64,000 nucleotides of DNA. It comes from Rikenellaceae bacterium DTU049 (GTDB taxonomy: Bacteria; Bacteroidota; Bacteroidia; Bacteroidales; DTU049). The position numbers were made by a program, and so were the translations under genes. Shown here piece after piece: positions 48,822 to 58,304 of the stretch. The notes under the pieces were generated by a model. The model searched no databases. It was given only the letters and a program-made list of their open reading frames with translations, and had not been told where the DNA came from. Location of the stretch: contig LFTI01000101.1 of the NCBI GenBank assembly GCA_001513285.1, positions 1,309-65,308 of the forward strand, given 5' to 3'. The stretch's first letter is position 1, and each line of letters starts with the position of its first letter.

Positions 48822-49829
48822 TTAAATGTTATAGATTAAATATGTTTTTGACATCAAAGCACTGTACCGCTCCCATGCCCGCCTATCCGACGCCGCCAAA
48901 TTCAGCAACCTCCCTGTATCTTCTATAATCTTCTCCGCCAAATACTTACCTCTCACTACAAACCACATTATGTAGTTTGTCAAATACTTTGTCGCCACTC
49001 CTCGAAACTTATAATATATCCAGCCAACAAAATCTGTTATCTTCTTATGAATAGTTGATACACTGTATATACCATCTTTCTTCTTTTTCTTAGAAGATAT
49101 CTCTTTGTGTTTGATGTGCTCAGCATTAACTGTTTTGAAAGCTTTTTTATCGCTGCCGCATACCACTGAATTCTCAGATATCCTATATTTTAGAAAATCT
49201 GATATGTGTTCAGCCTGAACTCGTTTATCTTCTAATTTTTTGAACAAAATATTTCCACTTCTATCTGTGGCAGCTATTATTGCTACTTTCTCTGGCTTCT
49301 TTTTCGTTAGCTTTTTTAATTCTTTCTTGTCTCGTCTCTTTTTACCTTTTTCAGAATAATTCATTAGAAGCTCCTCTAATTCTACTATTCCAAAGAAATT
49401 AATATTGTCTTCAAAAGATTGCAAAGCACAGAGAATTCTATGTCGCCAAAAGAAACTCGTTGTGAGGCTAATATTCACAATTCTTGCACATTCTCTCAAG
49501 CTCATTCCTGCACTCATACATTTGATATATTCGAGCATTTTGCCCTTTTCATGAACCCCATACATAAAAGTGCCAGTGGTAACTCTAAATTGTCTTCCAC
49601 AGTTTTTGCAACGGTAATTTTGAACTCCACTTTGCAAACCGTTTTTAATTACATGGCTGCTATTGCAATCTGGACAAAGTACACCAGTAGACATAGCTTT
49701 GATCTCTTGATAATCTACGACATCTTTGCCTTCTTCGATCATTTGATCATAAAGATTGTCGTAAAACTCGCGTGTACCTTCCTTAGTAAGGGTAAATATT
49801 TTAGTAGGGTTTTCAAATATTTTATCCAT
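48822..49829 (-). CDS. IS1595-like transposase
   Basis: Zn-ribbon 'CPDCNSSH...YRCKNCGRQF', HTH 'MSLRECARIVNISLTTSFFWRHRI' and a DDE-type core ('GIVELEEL', 'VVCGSDKKAF', 'ITDFVGW'). The ATG at 49829 is preferred because a -7 box lies between it and the track start at 49871. Confidence 0.8.
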   Translation of the reverse strand: MDKIFENPTKIFTLTKEGTREFYDNLYDQMIEEGKDVVDYQEIKAMSTGVLCPDCNSSHVIKNGLQSGVQNYRCKNCGRQFRVTTGTFMYGVHEKGKMLEYIKCMSAGMSLRECARIVNISLTTSFFWRHRILCALQSFEDNINFFGIVELEELLMNYSEKGKKRRDKKELKKLTKKKPEKVAIIAATDRSGNILFKKLEDKRVQAEHISDFLKYRISENSVVCGSDKKAFKTVNAEHIKHKEISSKKKKKDGIYSVSTIHKKITDFVGWIYYKFRGVATKYLTNYIMWFVVRGKYLAEKIIEDTGRLLNLAASDRRAWERYSALMSKTYLIYNI

Positions 49830-49845
49830 AAAAATAATTTTTTTG

Positions 49846-49853
49846 CAAATATA
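49846..49853 (-). promoter_or_regulatory. Bacteroidota-type -7 promoter box (TAnnTTTG) for the transposase
   Basis: The minus strand reads 'tatatttg' 16 nt upstream of the ATG at 49829. Confidence 0.4.
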
Positions 49854-50028
49854 TGAATTTTTATTATACAAAAAACTTGATTTTTAATAACATGAAAATA
49901 TTACCATACCCATTCCCCTACCCCACTTCTCCTTATTCTTATCCCCAACCTCTTATTAACATTTTTTACATATTTTTATACTTTTTGATTTTTTATTTAC
50001 TTTTGCATTAACAATTAAATTTACAATT

Positions 50029-52428
50029 GTGGCTAAAAAAAGTAGTGAAAAAAAACAAAGCAGTAATAAATCTACTGGTAATAACAAATCAAAAAATCAA
50101 TCTGAGTATACTCTCAAAGGAAATAATTTAGTAATTGTTGAATCACCTGCTAAAGCTAAAACTATTGAAAAATATTTAGGTAATGATTTTACTGTATTAT
50201 CTAGTTTTGGTCATATTAGAGATTTACCTAAGGGCGAGCTTGGAGTTAATGTAGATAAAGATTTCGAGCCTAAATATATTGTTATTAAAGGTAAAGAAAA
50301 GGTTATTAATCAACTAAGTGCTGCAAGTAAACAAAGTGAAATTGTTTGGTTAGCTACTGATGAAGATAGAGAAGGAGAAGCCATCAGTTGGCATCTTGCT
50401 GAGACTTTAGAAATTCCTGAGAAGAAGCTAAGACGAATTACTTTTCATGAAATTACTAAGTCTGCTATTGAAGAAGCTATTAAAAATCCTAGAAACATTG
50501 ACTACAATCTAGTTAATGCACAGCAGGCTCGTCGTATTTTAGATCGTTTAGTTGGTTATGAATTATCTCCTATACTTTGGAAAAAAATTGCAAAAAATTT
50601 ATCTGCTGGTAGAGTGCAATCTGTGGGCTTGAGATTAATAGTAGAAAGAGATAGAGAAATAGAAGGATTCGTTTCTGATGAATCATATAAAGTATCTGGT
50701 AAATTTAATTTGATAGACAAGCCAGATATTTTATTGTCTGCTGAGCTAAATCATCAATTTAAAAAGGAAAAAGAAGCTTTAGACTTTTTAGAACAATCTA
50801 AAAATGCTATCTTTACTATCTCAGATATAGAGCAGCGTCCAGCTAAGCGTACTCCTCCTCCTCCATTTATCACTTCTACTCTACAGCAGGAAGCAGCTAA
50901 GCAAATAGGTCTCTCAGTTTCACAAACTATGCGTTTAGCTCAGGAGTTATATGAGTCTGGTCTCATTACCTATATGAGAACTGATAGTGTAACTCTTAGT
51001 AATTTTGCTCTTAATGCTGCTAAAGAATTCATCAATTCTAACTATGGAGAGAAATATTATAAAAGAAGACAATATAAAACTAAATCTAAAGGAGCTCAAG
51101 AAGCCCATGAAGCTATTCGTCCAACTGATTTATCTAAACCTACTATTGATGCTTCTGGACAAATCAAAAGACTTTATGAACTTATATGGCGTCGAACTAT
51201 TGCTTCGCAAATGGCAGAGGCAGAATTTATCCGTGCTACTATCACCATAGCTTCTAATGTCAATAAATATCTATTTTTAGCTAAAAGTGAAACTCTTACT
51301 TTTGATGGTTATCTGAAAATTTATCAAGAAAAAGATAATGTAGAAGATGATGAAGATACTCAAGCTGCTTCTAAAATCGATATCTCTCTCTTTAAAGTTG
51401 GTGATCAATTAAACTATAAAGAAATATCAGCCAAGCAAAGTTTCACTAATCCACCATATCATTATAATGAAGCTGCTCTTGTTAAAAAATTAGAAGAGTT
51501 AGGTATAGGGCGTCCTTCTACTTATGCTACCATTATTACTACTATTCAGCAAAGAGATTATGTAGAGAAAAAAACTATTCCTGCTCAGGAAAGAAATATT
51601 AAAATTTTCACTTTAGATAATTCTAAAAAAATTAAAATTACTGAAAAAAAAGAAAAATTCGGCGGTGAAAAGCAAAAATTGATCTCTACTGAATTAGGTA
51701 GGGTAGTAACTGATTTTCTTATTAAATATTTCGCAGATATTATGGATTATAACTTTACAGCAGAGATAGAAGAACGTTTCGATAAAATAGCTGCTGGTGA
51801 TGAACAGTGGCAAAAAATGCTTGCTGATTTTTATAAAAATTTTCATCCAAAGGTTGAAGATGTTACACAAACTTCGGATAAGCAACATATCTCTAAACTA
51901 TTAGGTGTAGATCCTAAAACAAATAAAAATGTTTATATTACTTACACTAAATATGGCATGGCTTTACAATTAGGCGATTATACTGACAATGAAAAGCCTA
52001 TTTATGTCTCTATTAGCAAAAAACAAAAAGTAGATTTTAATGAAATAACTTTAGAAGAAGCTTTGAAATATTTGGAATTGCCTAAAGAACTTGGTGAATA
52101 TGAAGGTGATAAAGTCATAGTAAATGTCGGCCGCTATGGCCCTTATGTTTTGTATAAAAATAAATTTTATTCTATCAAAAATCTAGATAAACCTCTGGCT
52201 GATTTTACATTAGATGAAGCTATTAAAATAATTTCTCAACCCAATGGTCTTATTAAAACTATTTCAGAAAAACCATTGATACAAATTTTTGTAGGACGTT
52301 ATGGTCCTTACATTAAAACTGAAGATGGTAATGTGCCTATTCCTAAAGATGTATCTATAGATAATATCTCAGAAAATGACGTCAAAGAGCTAATAGAAAA
52401 ACACAAAGCTAAAAAGTCAAAAAAATGA
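50029..52428 (+). CDS. topA: DNA topoisomerase I
   Basis: 799 aa, GTG start. TOPRIM 'LVIVESPAKAKTIEKYLG', 'ATDEDREGEAISWH' and the active-site region 'ITYMRTDS'. Confidence 0.95.
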   Translation: MAKKSSEKKQSSNKSTGNNKSKNQSEYTLKGNNLVIVESPAKAKTIEKYLGNDFTVLSSFGHIRDLPKGELGVNVDKDFEPKYIVIKGKEKVINQLSAASKQSEIVWLATDEDREGEAISWHLAETLEIPEKKLRRITFHEITKSAIEEAIKNPRNIDYNLVNAQQARRILDRLVGYELSPILWKKIAKNLSAGRVQSVGLRLIVERDREIEGFVSDESYKVSGKFNLIDKPDILLSAELNHQFKKEKEALDFLEQSKNAIFTISDIEQRPAKRTPPPPFITSTLQQEAAKQIGLSVSQTMRLAQELYESGLITYMRTDSVTLSNFALNAAKEFINSNYGEKYYKRRQYKTKSKGAQEAHEAIRPTDLSKPTIDASGQIKRLYELIWRRTIASQMAEAEFIRATITIASNVNKYLFLAKSETLTFDGYLKIYQEKDNVEDDEDTQAASKIDISLFKVGDQLNYKEISAKQSFTNPPYHYNEAALVKKLEELGIGRPSTYATIITTIQQRDYVEKKTIPAQERNIKIFTLDNSKKIKITEKKEKFGGEKQKLISTELGRVVTDFLIKYFADIMDYNFTAEIEERFDKIAAGDEQWQKMLADFYKNFHPKVEDVTQTSDKQHISKLLGVDPKTNKNVYITYTKYGMALQLGDYTDNEKPIYVSISKKQKVDFNEITLEEALKYLELPKELGEYEGDKVIVNVGRYGPYVLYKNKFYSIKNLDKPLADFTLDEAIKIISQPNGLIKTISEKPLIQIFVGRYGPYIKTEDGNVPIPKDVSIDNISENDVKELIEKHKAKKSKK

Positions 52429-53576
52429 AAGAAATATCAAATTTTTTCGATTCTTTTTCATTAAATCATAGTATTTACAAAAATTCTCAATTATATAGTA
52501 ACGTTATAAATTTACAAAAAAATGAAAATATTCCTTCAGATATCAATACTATAGCTCTTATCAATTTTTCTATCAATAATGACAGAGAAAAATTTATTAC
52601 AAGTTTAATAAAGCTCAGATCTTATTTATATTCATATAGCAATATAGATAAAGTTCAAATATTAGATTGTGGCTCTTTCATTAATAGTGTAAATGCTAAA
52701 GATAGCATTGATGGATTAGCATATGTATTATCAGATTTAATAACTACAGGCATAGTACCGATTATTATTAGCGATGATAGATCTGTTATTTTAGCAATTC
52801 ATAAAGCTTATGAGCATATAAAACGTTATTATAATTTAGCTTTTATTTTACCATTTATAGATATAAATAATGAGAATTTATGGGAAAAATCTAAAGATTT
52901 ATTACCTTGGCATGATTATATTTTTAGGAATAATTTACTTTTAAACACTGCAACTTTCATCGGATATCAAAGCTATCTGACAGATGGTGATGCACTACAA
53001 TGGGTTGAAAATAATTTTTTTGATTTATTGAGATTAGGTGATATTCGCGAAAATATAAAATCTGCAGAACCATATATTAGAAATTCTGATATTATTTGCA
53101 TAGACATGAATGTTATGAAAAAATCTGAGGCTCCTGCTACTATGCTTGCACTTCCTAATGGATTGTATGCTGAGGAACTTTGTCAATTATCATATTATGC
53201 TGGTATGTCTGATAAATCATCAGTTTTTACTTTTTATAATTACAATCCAGACAAGGATTTAGAAGATCAAACTATGCAGCTTATTGCTCAGGCTTTATGG
53301 TATATAGCAGAAGGTGTTTCTCTACGAGTAAAAGATTATCCTTTTACTCCCAAAACGCAAATGCTCAAATATACTGTTATCATGGATTCTCCTGTAAATG
53401 AATTAATTTTTTACAGAAGTACTCGCTCAGATAGATGGTGGATAGAGCTACCCATAAAAAATACTACTCATATACAACGTCATACTCTCATTCCTTGTCT
53501 ATATGAAGATTATCTAGCAGCTCTACAAAATAAAATTCCTTTAATTTTTTGGAATGCAATAAAGAAAAAAGCTTAA
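52425..53576 (+). CDS. arginase/formiminoglutamase-fold family protein with degenerate metal-ligand motifs
   Basis: 383 aa with an ATGA overlap with the topA stop. 'PIIISDDRSVIL' sits where the family has GGDHS, and 'ICIDMNVMKKSEAP' sits where it has DxDxxDP. Confidence 0.5.
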   Translation: MKEISNFFDSFSLNHSIYKNSQLYSNVINLQKNENIPSDINTIALINFSINNDREKFITSLIKLRSYLYSYSNIDKVQILDCGSFINSVNAKDSIDGLAYVLSDLITTGIVPIIISDDRSVILAIHKAYEHIKRYYNLAFILPFIDINNENLWEKSKDLLPWHDYIFRNNLLLNTATFIGYQSYLTDGDALQWVENNFFDLLRLGDIRENIKSAEPYIRNSDIICIDMNVMKKSEAPATMLALPNGLYAEELCQLSYYAGMSDKSSVFTFYNYNPDKDLEDQTMQLIAQALWYIAEGVSLRVKDYPFTPKTQMLKYTVIMDSPVNELIFYRSTRSDRWWIELPIKNTTHIQRHTLIPCLYEDYLAALQNKIPLIFWNAIKKKA

Positions 53577-53670
53577 AAGAATCAATTTTTATCGAATTAT
53601 AATTTTATAATTTGAACATTATTTTAAAATATTTTTAAATACATTTCTTTGTTATAAGCAATAATTAAAC

Positions 53671-53678
53671 TAATTTTG
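53671..53678 (+). promoter_or_regulatory. Bacteroidota-type -7 promoter box (TAnnTTTG) for parC
   Basis: 'taattttg' ends 8 nt before the ATG at 53687, which implies a very short leader. Confidence 0.45.
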
Positions 53679-53686
53679 CACTTACT

Positions 53687-56287
53687 ATGGAAGGTGAAGA
53701 ATTAGATAAAAAACAAGAAGAAACAAAATCAAAGACACCACTAAAAACTATTTCTGGAATGTATGAAAACTGGTATTTAGATTATGCCAGTTATGTGATT
53801 TTAGAAAGAGCAATACCACACATACGTGATGGACTAAAACCTGTACAACGTCGTATTTTGCACTCTATGTATGAGCTAGAGGATGGTAGATATAATAAAG
53901 TAGCCAATATCATTGGAAATACTATGAAATATCATCCTCATGGCGATGCCAGTATAGGTGATGCACTTGTACAATTAGGTCAAAAGGAATTATTGATAGA
54001 TACACAGGGTAATTGGGGAAATATTTTGACTGGTGATACTGCTGCTGCTCCACGATATATAGAGGCTAGATTGTCTAAATTGGCACTAGAGACTGCTTTT
54101 AATCCTAAAATTACTCCTTGGAAAATTTCTTATGATGGCAGAAATAAAGAACCTATTTATTTACCCATCAAGTTCCCTTTATTATTAATACAAGGTATAG
54201 AAGGTATAGCAGTTAGTTTACAAGTTCGCATATTACCTCATAATTTCAATGAAGTTTTGGATGCTTGTATTTCTTATTTAAAAGGTGAATCTTTTACTTT
54301 ATACCCAGATTTCCCTTCTGGAGGCTTGATAGACGTTACTAACTATAATGATGGTCAAAAAAAAGGACAAATTATTTCTCGTGCTAGATTAGAAATACTT
54401 GATAATAAAACTATTGTAATTCGTGAAATTCCCTACGGAGTTACTACAGGCCAGCTTATAGATTCTATAGTAGATGCTACTAATAGAGGCCATTTAAAAA
54501 TTAAAAAAATAGAAGATAATACTGCTTCTGAGGTCGAGATAACTCTGATATTATCACCAGACGTTACTCCAGACCAGACTATTGATGCATTATATGCTTT
54601 CACTAAGTGTGAGATCAAAATCTCTACTAATTGTGTGGTAATAGATGATAACACACCTGTCTTTTTATCTATTAGCGAACTTTTAAAGGAAACTACTGAT
54701 AATATTGTTAGCTTTATAAAAGAAAGTTTAGAAGTCGAAAGGCAAGAATTATTAGAAAAATTACTCTTTGCTAGTTTAGAAAAAATATTTATTGAAAATC
54801 ATATCTACCAGGATATAGAAGAGTGTGAAACATGGGAAGATGTTATAAATACTATTGATAAAGGATTAGAGCCTTTTAAAAATCAATTTTATCGTCCAAT
54901 CACCCGTGATGACATTATTAAATTAACTGAAATTAAAATCAAACGTATTTCTAAATATGATGCTTTTAAAGCTGATGAGATAATGATTAAACTACAAAAA
55001 CAACTCGACGTTGTAAATGCAAATCTTAACAACCTTATTCAATACTCTATAGAACATTTTAAATATTTGAAAAATACTTACGGAAAAAATTTTACACGCC
55101 GCACTGAGATTAGAACTTTTGGTAGTATAGAAAAAGATAAAGTAGCTGCACCTAATCAAAAAATTTATGTCAATCGTGCTGAAGGCTTCGTAGGTACTAG
55201 CCTTAAAAAAGATGAATATCTTTTCGACTGTTCTACTCTGAGTAATTTAATTGTTTTCAAAGATGATGGCACTTTTAAAGTTATTAAAGTAGATGACAAA
55301 GTCTTTGTAGGTGAAAATATAATTCACGTAGCTATCTATGATCCTAATGACTCTAGAACTACCTATAATGTTTTGTATAGAGATGGTAGTAGTGGTGGAG
55401 TGTATGCCAAAAGATTTTTTGTGAAAAGTATCATTAGAGATAAAGAATACTTCTATACTCGTGGTACTCCAAACTCTAAAGTTCTTTATTTCAAAGCAAA
55501 TCAAAATGGAGAAGCAGAAATTTTAACTATACATCTAGTGCCACGACCAAGAATGAAAAATTTAACTATTGATTTTAATTTCAAAGATATCCCTATTAAA
55601 AATCGTTCTACTGTTGGCTATTTAGTTACTAGAAAATTAATTAGACATATTTCTGTCAAGCAGCAAGGCATTCAAACATTAAAAGGTATTTCTTACTATT
55701 TTGATGATGAAACTCTTCGTATTAATAAAGAAGGAAAAGGTAGAGACTTAGGAGAATTTCTTGATGATGATTATTTAATAATTATATACAAAAATGGTTA
55801 TTATCGCATATCCAAACCTAATGAGAGCTTATTCATCGATTCTAATTATTTAATTATCAAAAAATTTTCTATTCAATCTTTATATACAGTCATTTATCGT
55901 AATATTGACCAAAAATCTCAACATATTAAACGTTTCATCCCAGATTTCACCATAGATAGAAATATTTATTTTTTACCAGAAGATAATAATTGTGAAATTT
56001 TATTCTTTACTAAAGAGTGGCTCTGCGACATACAAATAAACTACAGCAATAAATCCAAGGAGATTCTTAAACTCGATCAACAATTTCCCATTAATTCTTT
56101 GAAAGCAAAAGGCAAAAAAATTAGTAATAGCAAAATTAAAAATGTAGAAATTACAAATATTCAAGAACCTAACGAAGATTGGTTAAAAAATATTTTCCCC
56201 GATGATGACAATAATGAAACTGCAGATAATGATAGTGATGATTTAGATATAGAATTAGATACAGGACAGATAATTTTGCCTTTATAA
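53687..56287 (+). CDS. parC: DNA topoisomerase IV subunit A
   Basis: 866 aa. 'YASYVILERAIPHIRDGLKPVQRRIL', 'HPHGD' and catalytic 'AAPRYIEARL'. Size and divergent C-terminal domain are typical of Bacteroidota ParC rather than GyrA. Confidence 0.85.
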   Translation: MEGEELDKKQEETKSKTPLKTISGMYENWYLDYASYVILERAIPHIRDGLKPVQRRILHSMYELEDGRYNKVANIIGNTMKYHPHGDASIGDALVQLGQKELLIDTQGNWGNILTGDTAAAPRYIEARLSKLALETAFNPKITPWKISYDGRNKEPIYLPIKFPLLLIQGIEGIAVSLQVRILPHNFNEVLDACISYLKGESFTLYPDFPSGGLIDVTNYNDGQKKGQIISRARLEILDNKTIVIREIPYGVTTGQLIDSIVDATNRGHLKIKKIEDNTASEVEITLILSPDVTPDQTIDALYAFTKCEIKISTNCVVIDDNTPVFLSISELLKETTDNIVSFIKESLEVERQELLEKLLFASLEKIFIENHIYQDIEECETWEDVINTIDKGLEPFKNQFYRPITRDDIIKLTEIKIKRISKYDAFKADEIMIKLQKQLDVVNANLNNLIQYSIEHFKYLKNTYGKNFTRRTEIRTFGSIEKDKVAAPNQKIYVNRAEGFVGTSLKKDEYLFDCSTLSNLIVFKDDGTFKVIKVDDKVFVGENIIHVAIYDPNDSRTTYNVLYRDGSSGGVYAKRFFVKSIIRDKEYFYTRGTPNSKVLYFKANQNGEAEILTIHLVPRPRMKNLTIDFNFKDIPIKNRSTVGYLVTRKLIRHISVKQQGIQTLKGISYYFDDETLRINKEGKGRDLGEFLDDDYLIIIYKNGYYRISKPNESLFIDSNYLIIKKFSIQSLYTVIYRNIDQKSQHIKRFIPDFTIDRNIYFLPEDNNCEILFFTKEWLCDIQINYSNKSKEILKLDQQFPINSLKAKGKKISNSKIKNVEITNIQEPNEDWLKNIFPDDDNNETADNDSDDLDIELDTGQIILPL

Positions 56288-56301
56288 ATAATTTTTATAG
56301 T

Positions 56302-56309
56302 TAATTTTG
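56302..56309 (+). promoter_or_regulatory. Bacteroidota-type -7 promoter box (TAnnTTTG)
   Basis: 'taattttg' lies 22 nt upstream of the ATG at 56332. Confidence 0.4.
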
Positions 56310-56331
56310 TAAACTTTTGATAAGGCAAAAC

Positions 56332-57153
56332 ATGGAAATAGAGATCAAACCACCATCCAAATGGCATTTTTTTGATATTAAAGAACTAATTTATTACAAA
56401 GACACATTATATTTTTTGACGTGGAAAGATATTAAAATCAAATACAAACAAGCCGTTTTAGGTTTTCTATGGGCTTTTTTGCAACCTATAGCTATGACTG
56501 CTGTTTTTGTATTATTTAATCTCGCAGTTAATGTCTCATTAGGAGACATTAATATACCATATCCACTTTTTGTTCTTTCTGGTGTAATGCTATGGAATCT
56601 ATTTGGTAATGCCATCACTGCTACATCTAATAGCGTTGTAAATAATTCAAATATTTTAAAAAAAATTTATTTCCCTAGAATATTTTTCCCTATGAGCTCA
56701 CTTTTAGTTAGTTTATTTGATTTTTTTATAACTTTATTAATTTACATTCCAGTAATGATATATTATAATGTTTTTCCTAATTGGCAGATAATTTATATTT
56801 TACCAGTTTGCATTATATTAGTTTCTTTATTAGTTTTAGGTATAGGCTCATTCTTTGGCGCATTAAACGTAAAATATAGAGATGTCAAATATATAATACC
56901 ATTTTTAGTGCAATTATTATTTTTTATCTCTCCAGTATTTTATTCTAATAATCAAATAGAACTTCCCTGGTTACAAACTTTATATTATTTAAATCCGATG
57001 ACAGGAATTATAGAATTATTTCGATTTGGACTTTTTAGTACACCTATAAATAATTTTGGATTAATCCTTAGTATAATAATTTCCTTATCATTATTTGTTA
57101 TAGGTTTATATTATTTTAGAAAAACAGAATATTTTTTCGCAGATATATCATAG
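56332..57153 (+). CDS. ABC-2 type (Wzm/TagG-like) polysaccharide exporter permease
   Basis: 'DIKIKYKQAVLGFLWAFLQP' is the ABC-2 signature opening, with 6 TM segments. The ATG at 56332 is preferred over the TTG at 56317. Confidence 0.8.
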   Translation: MEIEIKPPSKWHFFDIKELIYYKDTLYFLTWKDIKIKYKQAVLGFLWAFLQPIAMTAVFVLFNLAVNVSLGDINIPYPLFVLSGVMLWNLFGNAITATSNSVVNNSNILKKIYFPRIFFPMSSLLVSLFDFFITLLIYIPVMIYYNVFPNWQIIYILPVCIILVSLLVLGIGSFFGALNVKYRDVKYIIPFLVQLLFFISPVFYSNNQIELPWLQTLYYLNPMTGIIELFRFGLFSTPINNFGLILSIIISLSLFVIGLYYFRKTEYFFADIS

Positions 57154-57175
57154 TTGTTAATTGATTGTATAGTTT

Positions 57176-57293
57176 TTCCCCATATCCACTCCTGTATTGA
57201 TTTTTTCTTTGTTCTTTTTGATCATTTGTGTGCATTTGTGGACTAATAAATAACAATTGTATACTTTAAATAATTTACCCACAATAAACTTTT
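57176..57293 (+). repeat. short C/T-rich module plus 'tgcatttgtggac' core (intergenic repeat family B/C)
   Basis: 'ccccatatccactcctg...tttgtgtgcatttgtggactaataaataacaattgtatactttaaataatttaccc' closely parallels 12608..12682. Confidence 0.75.
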
Positions 57294-57374
57294 TAAAACC
57301 TAATTTAATTAATTATTGACTCATCATTCACATTATTTTATGCAAATAATTTTTATTATTTCATAATTTTCTAT

Positions 57375-57382
57375 TATTTTTG
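57375..57382 (+). promoter_or_regulatory. Bacteroidota-type -7 promoter box (TAnnTTTG)
   Basis: 'tatttttg' lies 21 nt upstream of the ATG at 57404. Confidence 0.4.
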
Positions 57383-57403
57383 CAAAAAATTACTGAAATA
57401 ATT

Positions 57404-57847
57404 ATGAAATATAATTTTTTAATTTTATTTATTCTTACAATATGTTTCATTGGATGTAAGAAAAATAATAATATCTCTTCAGATATTGTCAATAATCCTG
57501 CTAGTATAGAAAATAATAAAATATCTACTTCTAATGCTGTTATTAAATTTGAAACTATAGAGCATGATTTTGGCGATATTATGGAAGGTGAAAAAGTCTC
57601 ATATTCTTTCAAATTTAATAATGTAGGAAAAGATGATTTAGTAATTACTACAGTTTCTACTACATGTGGATGTACAGTAACTGATTTCCCCAAAGATCCT
57701 CTTAAACCTGGAGAAAGTGGCACTATAGAGGTAACATTTAATTCTAGTGGTAGATCAGGTAAACAAGTAAAAGTAATTACTGTCGCTACTAATGCTAATC
57801 CAAGTATGTCACAGCTCACTATTAAAGCCAATGTAAGAAAACCATAA
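57404..57847 (+). CDS. DUF1573 domain lipoprotein
   Basis: Lipobox 'FIGC'. 'FETIEHDFGDIMEGEKVSYSFKFNNVGKDDLVITTVSTTCGCT' is the DUF1573 signature. The ATG at 57404 is preferred over the TTG at 57380. Confidence 0.85.
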   Translation: MKYNFLILFILTICFIGCKKNNNISSDIVNNPASIENNKISTSNAVIKFETIEHDFGDIMEGEKVSYSFKFNNVGKDDLVITTVSTTCGCTVTDFPKDPLKPGESGTIEVTFNSSGRSGKQVKVITVATNANPSMSQLTIKANVRKP

Positions 57848-57858
57848 AAAAATATATT

Positions 57859-58188
57859 ATGAATTTATTAAACATCGTCCTTTACGCTCAACCAACGGGC
57901 GCTCAGAATGCACAAGGTAGCATGTGGTCTACTTTAATTATGATTGTCCTTTTAATTCTTATCTTTTGGCTATTTTTTATACGCCCCCAATCTAAAAGGA
58001 ATAAAGAAATGCAAAAGTTTAGAGACAATCTGAAAAAAGGAGATCATATAGTAACTATCGGTGGCATTCATGGCAAAATAACTGATATTGATGGTAATAC
58101 AGTAATTATAGAAACAGAAGGTCAAGGTAAATTGCGTATTGAGAAATCTTCAATTCAACAATACGCTAATACTAATAGAGAATCTTAA
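57859..58188 (+). CDS. yajC: preprotein translocase subunit YajC
   Basis: 109 aa with a single TM segment. 'FFIRPQSKRNKEMQKFRDNLKKGDHIVTIGGIHGKI'. Confidence 0.9.
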   Translation: MNLLNIVLYAQPTGAQNAQGSMWSTLIMIVLLILIFWLFFIRPQSKRNKEMQKFRDNLKKGDHIVTIGGIHGKITDIDGNTVIIETEGQGKLRIEKSSIQQYANTNRES

Positions 58189-58210
58189 TCATTGTTGTTA
58201 AACTTATATT

Positions 58211-58265
58211 TTTAATGAACCCAATGAATAATTAGATTTATTTCTTTCATGTTGGGTTCATTAAA
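58211..58265 (+). terminator. long-loop hairpin downstream of yajC (possible terminator)
   Basis: 'tttaatgaacccaa' (58211-58224) is complementary to 'ttgggttcattaaa' (58252-58265), followed by a T-rich run. Confidence 0.45.
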
Positions 58266-58304
58266 ATTTTTTTAAAAAATCATGTCTTTTATTTTTATTA
58301 AAAT

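Larger units (their letters stand above)
48741..49982 (-). mobile_element. IS1595-family-like insertion sequence (boundaries tentative)
   Basis: Single transposase gene. The left end 'gaataaaaatat...aaataagag' resembles the reverse complement of the right end 'ctcttatt...atatttttatac'. The right end carries the C/T-rich module. Confidence 0.4.
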
